From positions 8,480-72,479 of the forward strand of contig DATGJB010000057.1 of assembly GCA_035295425.1 (NCBI GenBank): DNA of 64,000 nt, written 5' to 3'. The translations under genes were made by a program, and so were the position numbers. This DNA is from Chloroflexota bacterium (lineage in GTDB: Bacteria; Chloroflexota; UBA5177). Positions within the stretch are counted from its first letter, which is position 1; each line of letters begins with the position of its first letter. The notes beneath the pieces were generated by a model, which was not told where the DNA came from, searched no databases, and worked only from the letters and a program-made list of their open reading frames with translations. Below are positions 44,838-54,956 of this stretch, in pieces.

Positions 44838-45779
44838 GTGACCACGTACGACGTTTTGCTGCAGGGCAGCGCGTACTGCGATCTGACCTTTTCCTTCACC
44901 TCCCGCGACCAAATGCCTCAGCTTGGCCAGGAGGTCTTTGCCGACCGCTTCGCCATCAACCCCGGCGGGATTTTCATCATCGTTTCCACCCTCACCCGTC
45001 TCGGCGTGTCCGTCGGCTGGCGAACTGAGCTCGGCAGCGACATCTTCAGCCGCTTCATCGGCGAGCAGATGCAGCAGCGCGGGATCCCAGACGAGCTGGT
45101 GCTCGGCCGCGACGAGCCGCTACCACTGGTCACGGCCGGCGTGTCGTTCCCGCATGACCGGCTCTTTATCAGCTACCAGACGCCACGTTTCCCTGACGAT
45201 GCGTTGGCACTGACCGACTCCGATCTCGATCGCTTTCGACCGCGTGTCCTCTTCACCTACGGCGAGGTGGGGCTCGATCTCATGCGCGCCGCCCGCGAGC
45301 GCGGCATTCTGGTCTATCTCGACACCTTCTGGAACCCAGAGCATTTGCGTTCAGCGCACCTCCGGAGCCTGCTCGACCATGTCGACGTTTTCGCTCCGAA
45401 CCTGATCGAGGCGCAGGAGATGACGCAGAGCGAGGATGTCGAAGGGGCTCTGGACACACTGAGCGCCTGGTGCCGGGGAGGCGTCATCAAGTGTGGCGAG
45501 CGCGGCTGCGTCGGCTGGCGCGGCCGGGAACGATTCGAGATTCCGGCGCTTCCTGTCGCCGCGGTCGAGACGACCGGCGCCGGAGACAACTTCAACGCCG
45601 GCTTGATTTACGGTCTGCTCCGTGGCTGGTCCTTCGAGACGTGCCTGCGTTGTGGCAACATCGCGGGCGGCCTCTCGACCCGCTCGCTCGGCGGATGCGA
45701 GGGCACCGTCTCCGCCGCAGAGATCGACGGCTGGTTGCAGCGGCTTGGCTGGCAACCGGCGCGCAAGGAGGCGTCATGA
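44838..45779 (+). CDS. PfkB-family carbohydrate kinase (ribokinase-like)
   Basis: C-terminal TGAGDNFNAG anion-hole motif and the GG-dipeptide region. GTG start. ATGA-coupled to the downstream GH4 gene. Confidence 0.8.
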   Translation: MTTYDVLLQGSAYCDLTFSFTSRDQMPQLGQEVFADRFAINPGGIFIIVSTLTRLGVSVGWRTELGSDIFSRFIGEQMQQRGIPDELVLGRDEPLPLVTAGVSFPHDRLFISYQTPRFPDDALALTDSDLDRFRPRVLFTYGEVGLDLMRAARERGILVYLDTFWNPEHLRSAHLRSLLDHVDVFAPNLIEAQEMTQSEDVEGALDTLSAWCRGGVIKCGERGCVGWRGRERFEIPALPVAAVETTGAGDNFNAGLIYGLLRGWSFETCLRCGNIAGGLSTRSLGGCEGTVSAAEIDGWLQRLGWQPARKEAS

Positions 45780-47155
45780 AGCTCACCGTGATGGGCGGCG
45801 CGGGAGTGCGCACGCCCCTCCTGTTGGCGGCGTTAACGAGACGGCAGCAGGCGATTGACCTGGAGGAGGTCTGCCTGCTCGATCTCGACCGCCGGAAGCT
45901 CGAGCTGATGGGCCCGCTCTGCCGCTACGCGCTCGAGCAGACCGGCGGCCGCTACCGCCTGTCGTGGACGTCGGATTCCCGACAGGCCCTCTCCGGGTCC
46001 GGCGCCGTCATTACGACGATTCGTGTCGGCGGCGAGGAGGGGCGGGCGCGCGACGAGCGCATAGCGCTGGACCACGGCGTCCTTGGACAGGAGACGACTG
46101 GAGCGGTTGGCTTCTCAATGGCGCTGCGTTCGATTCCGGCGGTCGCCGGCTACGCACGCCAGATGCTGGAGATCTGTCCCGACGCCTGGCTGCTCAACTT
46201 CACCAATCCGGCGGGGCTGGTCACCCAGGCCATCAGTGAAGAATTCCCCGAGCTCAAGGTGGTCGGCATCTGCGATACACCGACAAGCCTGTGGCGGGCC
46301 ATCGCTGCCCTGTATGGGCGGACCGCTTCCGAGATTGAGGTCACCGTCTTCGGCCTCAATCATCTCTCCTGGATGCCGGCGGCCTGTCTTGACGGGACGA
46401 ACCTGGTGCCTTCACTTATCGCCGACCCGGGCCTGCAGGCCCGCATCCATCAGCTCGCCCTATTCGAGCCGGGCCTTCTCCGCCTGATCGGGATGCTGCC
46501 GAACGAGTACCTGTACTACTACTACTATCGCGATCGGGCGCTGACCAATCTGCTCCAGGCAGGTGAGAGTCGCGGGTCGCAGGTTCACCGTCTCAGCACC
46601 CAGCTCCTCGACGACCTCGAGGCGATCGATCCCGCCGCTCACCCCGAAGAGGCCCGGCGGCGCCACGCACGCTACCTGCACGATCGTCACGGGACGTACA
46701 TGGCAGCCGAGACGGGCCGGGCCGGACGCGAGCCGGAAACGCCGCCCGAGACCAGCTCGCCCGGAACGGACGAGGGCGAGGGCTATGCCGGCGTGGCGCT
46801 GGACATCGTAGCGGCTGCGATCAGCGGCCATCGCACGCAGGTGGTCGCGAACGTACCGAACGCCGGAGCTATCGCCGGCCTGGCTGCCGATGATGTGGTC
46901 GAGATTAGCTGTGAGTGCGACAGAGCGGGGATTCGCCCCCTCCCGGTCGAACAGACACCGCCCGACTCGCTCCTCCTGATGCAGCAGATCAAGCGCTACG
47001 AACGATTGACCGTCGCGGCCAACCGAGCGCGCTCACGCGATCTTGCCGTCGAGGCACTGTTGAACCACCCACTGGTCGGATCCTATCCCCTCGCCTGCTC
47101 CCTGGTGGACGCGCTGCTCAGCGCGCACCGTCCAACGCTGGGCGAGTGGATGTAG
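45776..47155 (+). CDS. Glycoside hydrolase family 4 (second copy)
   Basis: Start MKLTVMGGAGV at 45776 after AAGGAGG; the track ORF from 45470 is an N-terminal artefact. VGICDTP, NFTNPAG and other GH4 blocks are shared with the 37525..38868 paralogue. Confidence 0.85.
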   Translation: MKLTVMGGAGVRTPLLLAALTRRQQAIDLEEVCLLDLDRRKLELMGPLCRYALEQTGGRYRLSWTSDSRQALSGSGAVITTIRVGGEEGRARDERIALDHGVLGQETTGAVGFSMALRSIPAVAGYARQMLEICPDAWLLNFTNPAGLVTQAISEEFPELKVVGICDTPTSLWRAIAALYGRTASEIEVTVFGLNHLSWMPAACLDGTNLVPSLIADPGLQARIHQLALFEPGLLRLIGMLPNEYLYYYYYRDRALTNLLQAGESRGSQVHRLSTQLLDDLEAIDPAAHPEEARRRHARYLHDRHGTYMAAETGRAGREPETPPETSSPGTDEGEGYAGVALDIVAAAISGHRTQVVANVPNAGAIAGLAADDVVEISCECDRAGIRPLPVEQTPPDSLLLMQQIKRYERLTVAANRARSRDLAVEALLNHPLVGSYPLACSLVDALLSAHRPTLGEWM

Positions 47156-47275
47156 CGCTCCCGAGCACCAGGGACATCACACCGTCAAGGGCGGTTCGTC
47201 TCCGGCGCGACGGTGGTTCCGGCGAGGTCGGTGAGAAACGCCCACACGGAATCGATCGGACCCGACGGTCACCCC

Positions 47276-48868
47276 TCACAAGCCGTACGCGCTGAGCTGG
47301 CTGTTCTCGTCGGTGATATAGAGCATCCCGTTATCGACGACCGGGCTCTCCCAGTGGATGCCGCCAATGCCCGCGTCCTGCCACAACTGCTGGCCGGTGG
47401 TCGGATCCAGCGCCCGCATGTCTCCACCGGTGGCCACATAGAGCACACCGTTGGCGACCAGTGGCGACGAGCCCGGCACCGCGCTCTTCCAGGCGGGATG
47501 GAGAAAAGGGGTTCCGGATCGGTTGACCCGTAGCTGGAGAGCGGAGGTACCGCTGCCATTTGCCACGAACGTCCAGGTCGAACCGTCGCCGGCGACCCAG
47601 ACAGCCGGCTGGGTCAATATCTCTCCGCCCTGCGGCACGGCGATCGTCTTGATCTGCCCACCGATGTGACCCGGACCGCCCTTGCCGCTCAGATTGTCGA
47701 GATTCAGCAAGCGCAGCCTGGCATCCTTTCCACCCTGCACCGCGATGTGCTGGAACTTGCTGGACCGTGGCGCGGGGAGAATGGCCGGCGCTGTGCTGCC
47801 CAGGTCCAGGTCCTGGCTCTGCATCTGCTGGTAGTTACTCGGCGTGTAGCTGTCGAGCGGAAGAGCGCCGTTACCGGTTCCATCCGGGTTGAGGGCGAAG
47901 ATGCTGTCCCCCCAGTCGAAGCTCTTGGGGGCGTAAGGGCCGTTTCCCGTGCCCATGTAGAGCTTGCCCGTCTCCGGATCGTAGATCGTTCCCGGGCGGG
48001 CCCAGATCGCCGATTGAACCTGGGGGCAATCGGGCTGGCCCGGCTGTTCCACGAAGTGTGTATCCGGCTGATTGCTGCACAACGCATTGAAGACGTGCTG
48101 CGTGCCGGTACTCAGATTGATGGCGGTGACGTGTCCCTGGTAGTCGCCGTTGTCACCGGGGTAGCCACCGTTGGTGACGTAGAGATAGCTGGTGTTGTGA
48201 GAATCGGTCACGACCGAGAGCGCCGAAGAGCCCTTTTCATCGAAGGCCTTGAGCGTGGCCAGCTCCGGCCAGCCACCACCTGTGACCTCAGTGCCGTCGC
48301 CGATCTGATACTTGTGCACGTAGCCGTCGAGCCCGTAGCTGTACACGTAGCTCAGCGACGGATCGACCGCCGGCGAGGAGGTGGTGTAGCAGGGCTGCGA
48401 CCCCTTGTTGATCCGGCAGGACCCGGCCGGGTTGTGCTGCTCCCACACGATCACACCGGACTCGGCATTGAGCGCGACGATGTCCCCAGCTCTGGTCGTG
48501 ACGAAGAGAAGATCCTGCGGCCCGCTCTTCGTGTTGACGTTGCTGACGTAGGCAGGCGCCCCATCGGCGACGTCGGGGAGTGTCGCGCGAAACAGCAGCT
48601 TGAGCCCGCCGACGGTCGAGGGGCTCAGCACTGACTCCAGCGTATTGTTCCCGCTGTGCTCCTCGTTGCCGTCGAACTGAAGCCAGTTGTAGGCAGTGGC
48701 GGCGTGCGCCGCCGTGGTTCCCGGAACCGACAGGCGGTCGCTCCCCACGATCCATGCCAGACACAGTACAGCGGCGAAGGCCACGCGCCAGAGGCGCGTG
48801 CCGGACCTCATGTGGCGAGTCGACGGTCGGGAGTGAGGTGAGCGAGTCACGGTCGATGGACGCGTCAT
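47276..48868 (-). CDS. Secreted PQQ-like beta-propeller repeat protein
   Basis: N-terminal signal-like hydrophobic segment, then repeated G-x-V/L-Y-x-x-x-x-G-x-L-x-A-L-D motifs (GDIVALNAESGVIVW, GVLYVATGGDMRALDPTTGQQLW, GMLYITDENSQLSAYGL). Confidence 0.7.
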   Translation of the reverse strand: MTRPSTVTRSPHSRPSTRHMRSGTRLWRVAFAAVLCLAWIVGSDRLSVPGTTAAHAATAYNWLQFDGNEEHSGNNTLESVLSPSTVGGLKLLFRATLPDVADGAPAYVSNVNTKSGPQDLLFVTTRAGDIVALNAESGVIVWEQHNPAGSCRINKGSQPCYTTSSPAVDPSLSYVYSYGLDGYVHKYQIGDGTEVTGGGWPELATLKAFDEKGSSALSVVTDSHNTSYLYVTNGGYPGDNGDYQGHVTAINLSTGTQHVFNALCSNQPDTHFVEQPGQPDCPQVQSAIWARPGTIYDPETGKLYMGTGNGPYAPKSFDWGDSIFALNPDGTGNGALPLDSYTPSNYQQMQSQDLDLGSTAPAILPAPRSSKFQHIAVQGGKDARLRLLNLDNLSGKGGPGHIGGQIKTIAVPQGGEILTQPAVWVAGDGSTWTFVANGSGTSALQLRVNRSGTPFLHPAWKSAVPGSSPLVANGVLYVATGGDMRALDPTTGQQLWQDAGIGGIHWESPVVDNGMLYITDENSQLSAYGL

Positions 48869-48999
48869 GTCTTCCCCTCCTGCCGGGCGTAGCCGGCAGT
48901 GACAGCTTCTCCATTATGGAGGACGCAACCGGCTGGATGGAGAGACACCAGGGGACGCGACTCGCCCCCGGCGAGACGCGCCACGAGCGCCGTCCGCCC

Positions 49000-49851
49000 C
49001 TACCGCGCCGTCCGCAACCGCAAGGTGACCGTGTCCCAGTTCGGATCGATCTGCCAGGTCCCGCCGCAGGAGCGCACAATCACGGTCAGCTGCTGCCGTC
49101 CACTCGTCAGTCGCTGCGCCGCGGGGGTGGCAGCCGGATACGCGAAGGTGAACGTTCCGCCGACACGGAATATCCAGTACGTCGCCGCCGCCGTCAACAC
49201 GTTGGCCACGCGCTTGACACTCGTTATGTGCGCGGCACGGACAAACCGCTTGCTGCGTATGACCGTCATCGGGGACGTTCCGGCCGCGCCGAGAACTATC
49301 CGCATCCGTCCGGTCGCGGTAGGCAGGCTCACGGTGGTGGCACAGGTAGCCTCAAGCCGGCGTGCCTGCCTGTAGTGATGCGCGTTGAGGTCCTTGAAGT
49401 ACGCCGCGATCAGCTGCGCCTGAGTCGGTGGATTCTGGGCGGAGCCCACCTCCTGTCCCTTGACCACCGCAAAGGTTGCTGTACCAACCGGAGGAGGATT
49501 CGCTCCGAGCGGGCACATCATCGCGGGACTGTGGAGCTGCGCCTGGTCGCCGGCGCCGTCGCGGGCCTCGACCATCAGGATGCCGCACTGGTTCACGTGG
49601 TTCATTCCCACCTCGAACGTGCCGTCGGCGGTCGGTTTGACCTGAACGCTCTGCACGACGCTCCCCTTGACCAGCGAGAGGGTGACAGCGGCGCCGGCCG
49701 GCCATCCCGTGCCCGAGACTGCCAGCTGGTAACCCGCAAGCGTGGTCCAGCTCAGCGTGGGAGAGGTGGCCTGCGTGCTCGCGGCGAGCGTTCGCCCGAC
49801 CGGTAGCCCGGCGAGCAGCAGCACAGCCAGCAGCATGACAGATCGTCGCAT
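49000..49851 (-). CDS. Secreted hypothetical protein
   Basis: Start MRRSVMLLAVLLLAGLPVGRTLAAS (signal peptide) at 49851; the track ORF extends to 49953. No family recognised. Confidence 0.5.
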   Translation of the reverse strand: MRRSVMLLAVLLLAGLPVGRTLAASTQATSPTLSWTTLAGYQLAVSGTGWPAGAAVTLSLVKGSVVQSVQVKPTADGTFEVGMNHVNQCGILMVEARDGAGDQAQLHSPAMMCPLGANPPPVGTATFAVVKGQEVGSAQNPPTQAQLIAAYFKDLNAHHYRQARRLEATCATTVSLPTATGRMRIVLGAAGTSPMTVIRSKRFVRAAHITSVKRVANVLTAAATYWIFRVGGTFTFAYPAATPAAQRLTSGRQQLTVIVRSCGGTWQIDPNWDTVTLRLRTAR

Positions 49852-50158
49852 TGTTTCCTCCTGTACCTCGTGGATGGCGGGAGGGTTCCCTTCCCGTGCT
49901 TCTATCAAGTACAACGCGCGGAGCCAGCATCTGTGACGCGGCGCGGCCATCAAGCGTTGGGCCTCACGCGTCGATTCCGGCTACACTGATCCTGCCTGCC
50001 GCAATTGTCATGCCATTCGAGCCTCCGGTCGGTGCGCCGCGGGCTCGTGGGCGGGCGGGGCACACCAGCCGGTCCGACGTACATTCCCTCCAATCACACG
50101 TGTTCCCGCCGGTCCGTCCACCCGCGAACACCATGTCCGGCAGGCATCGAGAGAGGCT

Positions 50159-51019
50159 ATGCGCCACGTTCCCACTCTCGCCCACCCCACCCTCCCTTCA
50201 GGTTGGAGGACGGATGCCCGCGCCCTCCTTCGCCTGTATTGGGAGGTTGCGCGGCGCGGCTACCGGCGCTATGCCACGTATCGAGGAGCGGCCGTTGCCG
50301 GCGTGTTCACTAACACCGTCTTCGGGTTTCTGCGCGCCTACATCCTGATCGCCCTCTTCACCAGCCGGCCCCATATCGGCGGGTATACCGTGACCGATGC
50401 CCTGACCTATACGTGGCTCACTCAGGGAGCGTTGATGGTGGTCTATATCTGGGGATGGTACGAGATTGCCGAGCGGATTCGGAGTGGTGACGTGGTCTCA
50501 GATTTGCAGCGGCCGGTCGACTTCCAGCTGTACTGGCTCTCCCAGGACCTGGGGCGTGCCCTGTTCCACGGCATCTTTCGCGGCATCCCGCCATTCCTGT
50601 TGGGCGCGCTGGTGTTCCACCTCTTCGTGCCCCACGCCCCCACCACCTACCTGCTGTTCGTCTTCAGCCTCCTTCTGGCCGTCTGCATCAGCTTTGCGCT
50701 CCGCTTCATCGTCAATGTGCTTGCCTTCTGGGTGATGGATTACCGGGGAGTCGCCGGACTTGCCGCCGTCTTCTGGACGTTCCTGTCGGGCTTCGCCATC
50801 CCGCTGGCCATTCTGCCCGGCGGCTGGCACACCGTGGCCGAGCTGCTGCCGTTCGCGGGCATGGTGCAGACGCCGGTCGACATCTTCTTGCAAAAGCCTC
50901 ACGCAGGGGCATTGCTCTCCGCTCTCGGCCTCCAGCTACTCTGGGCGGGCGTGCTGCTGGTCGCCGGACGGCTTCTGTTGAGGGCAGCCCTGCGCCGGGT
51001 GGTGGTGCAAGGTGGCTGA
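50159..51019 (+). CDS. ABC-2 family transporter permease
   Basis: 6-TM hydrophobic protein. It overlaps the next permease gene by 8 nt. Confidence 0.7.
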   Translation: MRHVPTLAHPTLPSGWRTDARALLRLYWEVARRGYRRYATYRGAAVAGVFTNTVFGFLRAYILIALFTSRPHIGGYTVTDALTYTWLTQGALMVVYIWGWYEIAERIRSGDVVSDLQRPVDFQLYWLSQDLGRALFHGIFRGIPPFLLGALVFHLFVPHAPTTYLLFVFSLLLAVCISFALRFIVNVLAFWVMDYRGVAGLAAVFWTFLSGFAIPLAILPGGWHTVAELLPFAGMVQTPVDIFLQKPHAGALLSALGLQLLWAGVLLVAGRLLLRAALRRVVVQGG

Positions 51020-51824
51020 GCTTCGGTGGCAACTCGGGCTGTACCTTCGCCTCGTCAAGGCACGCATTCGCTCCCAGCTCCAGTACCGGCTCTCCTTTGC
51101 ACTCGATCTCAGCGGTACATTCTTCATCACCTTTATCGACTTCCTGGCGGTTGTCGTCATCTTCGCGCATCTCCCCCGTCTCTCCGGCTGGACGCTTGCC
51201 GAGGTCGCGTTCTTCTACGGAACCGCCAACATCGCGTTCGCCCTCTGCGATCTGATCGTGGGGCATCTCGACCTCTTGCCGGCGATGATCCGTGACGGCT
51301 CCTTCGACCTCATCCTGGTCCGTCCGGCCGGCTCCCTCTTTCAGATCCTCGCCGCGGATTTCACGCTCCGCCGCCTTGGTCGCGTCCTCCAGGGTGCGGC
51401 GGTCCTGCTCTTCGCGCTATCCCGCCTCCACATCGTCTGGACGTTGCCCCGCGTCATCGCGCTCGCGACGATGCTCCTCACCGGCACAATCATCTACGCC
51501 TGCATCTGGATCATCGCGATCACGATCACCTTCTTCACGGTGGACACGCGTGAGATCGCCAACGCCTTCACCTACGGGGGCAGTTTTCTGGCGTCCTATC
51601 CCATCAACATCTTCGGCGGCTGGGTCCGCCGTCTTCTCGCCTTTGTCGTGCCGCTCGCCTTCGTCAGCTACTTTCCCGGCCTGCTGGTACTCGATCATCC
51701 CGATCCGCTGCGAGCGCCGGCCGTCGTGCGGTACTGCACCCCGCTGGTGGCGATGGTCCTGGTGCTTGTCGCCAGCCGCACCTGGGGGTTCGGCACCCGC
51801 CACTACCGGAGCACGGGGAGCTGA
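51012..51824 (+). CDS. ABC-2 family transporter permease (second subunit)
   Basis: 6-TM hydrophobic protein, immediately followed by the ATPase gene. Confidence 0.7.
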   Translation: MAELRWQLGLYLRLVKARIRSQLQYRLSFALDLSGTFFITFIDFLAVVVIFAHLPRLSGWTLAEVAFFYGTANIAFALCDLIVGHLDLLPAMIRDGSFDLILVRPAGSLFQILAADFTLRRLGRVLQGAAVLLFALSRLHIVWTLPRVIALATMLLTGTIIYACIWIIAITITFFTVDTREIANAFTYGGSFLASYPINIFGGWVRRLLAFVVPLAFVSYFPGLLVLDHPDPLRAPAVVRYCTPLVAMVLVLVASRTWGFGTRHYRSTGS

Positions 51825-51826
51825 GC

Positions 51827-52810
51827 GTGGTGATGGTCGAGGTTGAGGACCTGACCAAGACCTTCCTGGTGACCAGGAAGCGAGGCCGGCTACGGCGCGA
51901 GCGCGTCACGTTGACGGCGGTGAGCAACATCTGCTTCGCCATCGAACAGGGTGAGATGGTGGGCTACATCGGGCCGAACGGCGCGGGAAAGTCGACGACG
52001 ATCAAGATGCTCACCGGCGTCCTGGTGCCGACATCGGGGCAGGTACGGGTGGCGAATCTGAACCCAGTGGTGCAGCGAATCGAGCTGGCCCGGCGTATCG
52101 GCGTCGTCTTCGGCCAGCGCCGCCAGCTGTGGTGGGACCTGCCGCTGCGTGACTCCTTCGAATTGCTGCATCACATGTATCGCGTGCCCGAGGCGCGCTT
52201 CCGGAAGAATCTGGATCGGTTGGTCCAGCTTCTTGACCTTGCCCCGTGTATGGATACTCCGGTGCGGCAGCTGTCCCTCGGCCAGCTGATGCGAGGTGAG
52301 GTGGCCGGCGCCCTGTTGCACGACCCCCAGATCGTCTTCCTGGACGAGCCCACGATCGGACTCGACGTCGTCAGCAAGGCACGACTCCTGGAGTTCCTGA
52401 CCGAGATCAACCGCGAGCAGGGCGTCACTGTGTTGCTCACGACGCACGATATTGCTGACGTGGAGCGTCTGTGCGAGCGCATGCTGATTATCGATCGCGG
52501 CAAGGTCATCTACGACGGCGGTGTGACCGCCATTCGTGAGCGCTTCGGCGGCGAGCGCATGCTTATTGTCGACCTGGAGACACCCCAACCGCCGCTTGCG
52601 GTCGAGGGGGCGACGGTCGAGCAGGTTGACGGCGCCCGGCAATGGCTGCGCTTTCGGCGATCCGAGATCAGCGCCGCCCGGGTCATCGCCGGCGTCGTGG
52701 CGAGCGCGCCGGTCGTGGACCTCGCACTCGAGGAGCCGGCGATCGAAGAGATCGTGCGCCGGATCTACCTGGAAGGGTTGCCGAGCATACCGGCACCCTC
52801 TTCCCAGTGA
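51827..52810 (+). CDS. ABC transporter ATP-binding protein
   Basis: GPNGAGKSTT, LSLGQLMRGEVAGAL, VFLDEPTIGLD. Confidence 0.85.
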   Translation: MVMVEVEDLTKTFLVTRKRGRLRRERVTLTAVSNICFAIEQGEMVGYIGPNGAGKSTTIKMLTGVLVPTSGQVRVANLNPVVQRIELARRIGVVFGQRRQLWWDLPLRDSFELLHHMYRVPEARFRKNLDRLVQLLDLAPCMDTPVRQLSLGQLMRGEVAGALLHDPQIVFLDEPTIGLDVVSKARLLEFLTEINREQGVTVLLTTHDIADVERLCERMLIIDRGKVIYDGGVTAIRERFGGERMLIVDLETPQPPLAVEGATVEQVDGARQWLRFRRSEISAARVIAGVVASAPVVDLALEEPAIEEIVRRIYLEGLPSIPAPSSQ

Positions 52811-52922
52811 ACGCGGTAACACGAATGACAAAGATCCCCGCCGGCCCTCGAGGTGACGGGGCCGGCGGGGGAGTAGCAAGACACGGTCCTGATGCCGGTC
52901 GTTCGGCCGGCATCACGAACGG

Positions 52923-54005
52923 TTACACGCTGGGGCCGGATTCGCTGCTGTTGGACGACCGCCAGTTGAAGCCACCGGGACCGCGGAAGAAGTCGTGGCC
53001 GAAGAACTGGGGCGCGCCCGGCAGAACCAGCACTTTGGTTGCGGTGAGTGTCTTCCCATCAGAGCTCAGCGTCCCGCGAGCGACGATGTAGGAGCCAACT
53101 TTCACCGCGTCCTTACCGGCAGTTGTCCCGGGGCCGGTCGAGTAGGCAGTACTTGCCGTCACCACAACCGCGGTGACGGTGCCGGCCACGCCATCGCGGT
53201 TCATGCCGGGCTTGATTGCAATCGTGTTTCCGTTGATAGCTGTGACCTGACCAAGTACACCGGGCCCGTGGCGCATGAAGCCACCGGCGCCAGGAGCGTT
53301 CGGCAAGATCTCGACGCGCGATGCGGTCAGTGACTTGCCGTCGGCGCTCAGAGTCCCTTCCGCCCGGATGTACACGCCGACTTTGATGGCGCTCTTCGCC
53401 GCCGTCGCGCCGCCCTTTGGCGCCAGGTACTGGGTGCTGCCTGTCAGCAGGATCGTCGTCACTGCCGACTGAGCGCCGTCACGATTTGCGAACGGTTTGA
53501 CGGTGATGGTAGCTCCATTGACCGCCGTGACCTGTCCGCCCGCATCCGGCCCGAGGTGGCCGAGTCCGCCCGATTTCAGCCCATGTGGCAGGATCATCAC
53601 CTCCTGGGCAGTGAGCGTCTTACCGTCGCTGCTCAGTGTCCCGGTGGCGACGATGAAGGTCCCAACCTTGACTGAGCTCTGCGACGCAGCGGTGGTGGGA
53701 CGGGAGACGTACTTGGTCGTGCTCGAGACCAGCACGGTTGTGACCGCGGAGCTCTGACCGCGCGGTCCGGTAAATGGCTTGATCGTCAGGGTATCGCCGC
53801 TGATCGCGGTCACAGTGCCGGCAGCGTGCGGACCGCCGAACATTCCGTGAAAGCCGAAACCGTCGAATGCCAGTGCGCCGGAAAGCTGGAGCGGAGCCTG
53901 GCCGGCAGCCGATCCCGGTGTGGCGCCCCGCACCTGTCCGATCGCATAGCCCACACCGAAGATGACGACGGCAACCAGCGCCGCGATAATGGCCGACTTA
54001 CGCAT
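52923..54005 (-). CDS. Membrane-anchored protein with three tandem ~80-aa repeats (DUF5666-like)
   Basis: N-terminal TM segment, then three repeat units of the form GQVTAVNGATITVKPF...SAVTTILLTGSTQY...SAIKVGVYIRAEGTLSADGKSLTASRVEILP, each opening with Gly-rich HG/GG(F/L) stretches. Confidence 0.65.
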   Translation of the reverse strand: MRKSAIIAALVAVVIFGVGYAIGQVRGATPGSAAGQAPLQLSGALAFDGFGFHGMFGGPHAAGTVTAISGDTLTIKPFTGPRGQSSAVTTVLVSSTTKYVSRPTTAASQSSVKVGTFIVATGTLSSDGKTLTAQEVMILPHGLKSGGLGHLGPDAGGQVTAVNGATITVKPFANRDGAQSAVTTILLTGSTQYLAPKGGATAAKSAIKVGVYIRAEGTLSADGKSLTASRVEILPNAPGAGGFMRHGPGVLGQVTAINGNTIAIKPGMNRDGVAGTVTAVVVTASTAYSTGPGTTAGKDAVKVGSYIVARGTLSSDGKTLTATKVLVLPGAPQFFGHDFFRGPGGFNWRSSNSSESGPSV

Positions 54006-54106
54006 GTTGAACCTCCGTGAGTACCTCTCGACTCCAGGCTAGCGGGAGAACATGAGGAAACGATGGGAAGAAGCTGAGAAGCCGGCGCGTGTTGAGCGCG
54101 AAACGT

Positions 54107-54727
54107 TCAACGCCGCTCCACGGCCAGTCGCAGCGCGAAACCGATCAAGACCAGCCCGGTAAGCCGCCGCAGGGCACCTTGCACGCGCCGTCCGAGCCGG
54201 CTCTGACCGGCGCGGCTCAACGCGAAGCCGTAGACGGTGAGCCAGCCGACGATCATCGCCTCAAACACCAACAGCATGAGGACGAGCCGGGCGGCGGGAT
54301 CCCCCGGCTTGATGAACTGGGGAATGACGGTAACGAAGATGACCGCCGCCTTCGGATTGAGTAGGTTCCCGAGCACTCCCTGCCGAAAGGTCGCCGTCCA
54401 TCCGGGCCGGTCAGAGCCGGCGGGCCCGGCCGTCGGGCCCAGGTCCGACCGCGTGCGGAGGCTCTGCACGCCCAGGTACAGGAGGTAGGCAGCACCGATC
54501 AGCTTTACCACTGTGAATGCCGCAGCCGACTCGGCAAGCAGCGCGGCGAGGCCACAGATTGCCGCCACGCCCCAGACAAGGATTCCGGCGCCAACGCCCA
54601 GCGCCGTGCTCCAGGCGCCGGTCTGGCCCGCTCGCAGAGCGTTGCGCGCCACCAATGCCATGTCGGGCCCCGGCGCAATGATCAGCAACGCCGAGACCGT
54701 CACAAACGCGAGAAAACGAGTATCCAC
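54107..54727 (-). CDS. LysE/RhtB-family amino-acid exporter
   Basis: FVTVSALLIIAPGPDMALVARNAL N-terminus and NPKAAVIF motif typical of the LysE superfamily; 206 aa, 6 TM helices. Confidence 0.85.
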   Translation of the reverse strand: MDTRFLAFVTVSALLIIAPGPDMALVARNALRAGQTGAWSTALGVGAGILVWGVAAICGLAALLAESAAAFTVVKLIGAAYLLYLGVQSLRTRSDLGPTAGPAGSDRPGWTATFRQGVLGNLLNPKAAVIFVTVIPQFIKPGDPAARLVLMLLVFEAMIVGWLTVYGFALSRAGQSRLGRRVQGALRRLTGLVLIGFALRLAVERR

Positions 54728-54956
54728 TTCGGATCCTGGGCGCCGAGCGTCGCCACGCCGGCGCCCTGTACTGCGTCACAATCCGCCCCCAGCGGCCCGC
54801 GACGTGTGTCGAGATTCATCGAGTACGATGTGCCACAGTTCATATCGACCTCCCGGTGGCCGAACGGAGCAGACGCGGTGTGCAGCACCTTGCACTACGC
54901 GGCCGGTTACCAATCAATGTCACCCACGGAGACAAAAGTCGAGAGCGGAAATATGC

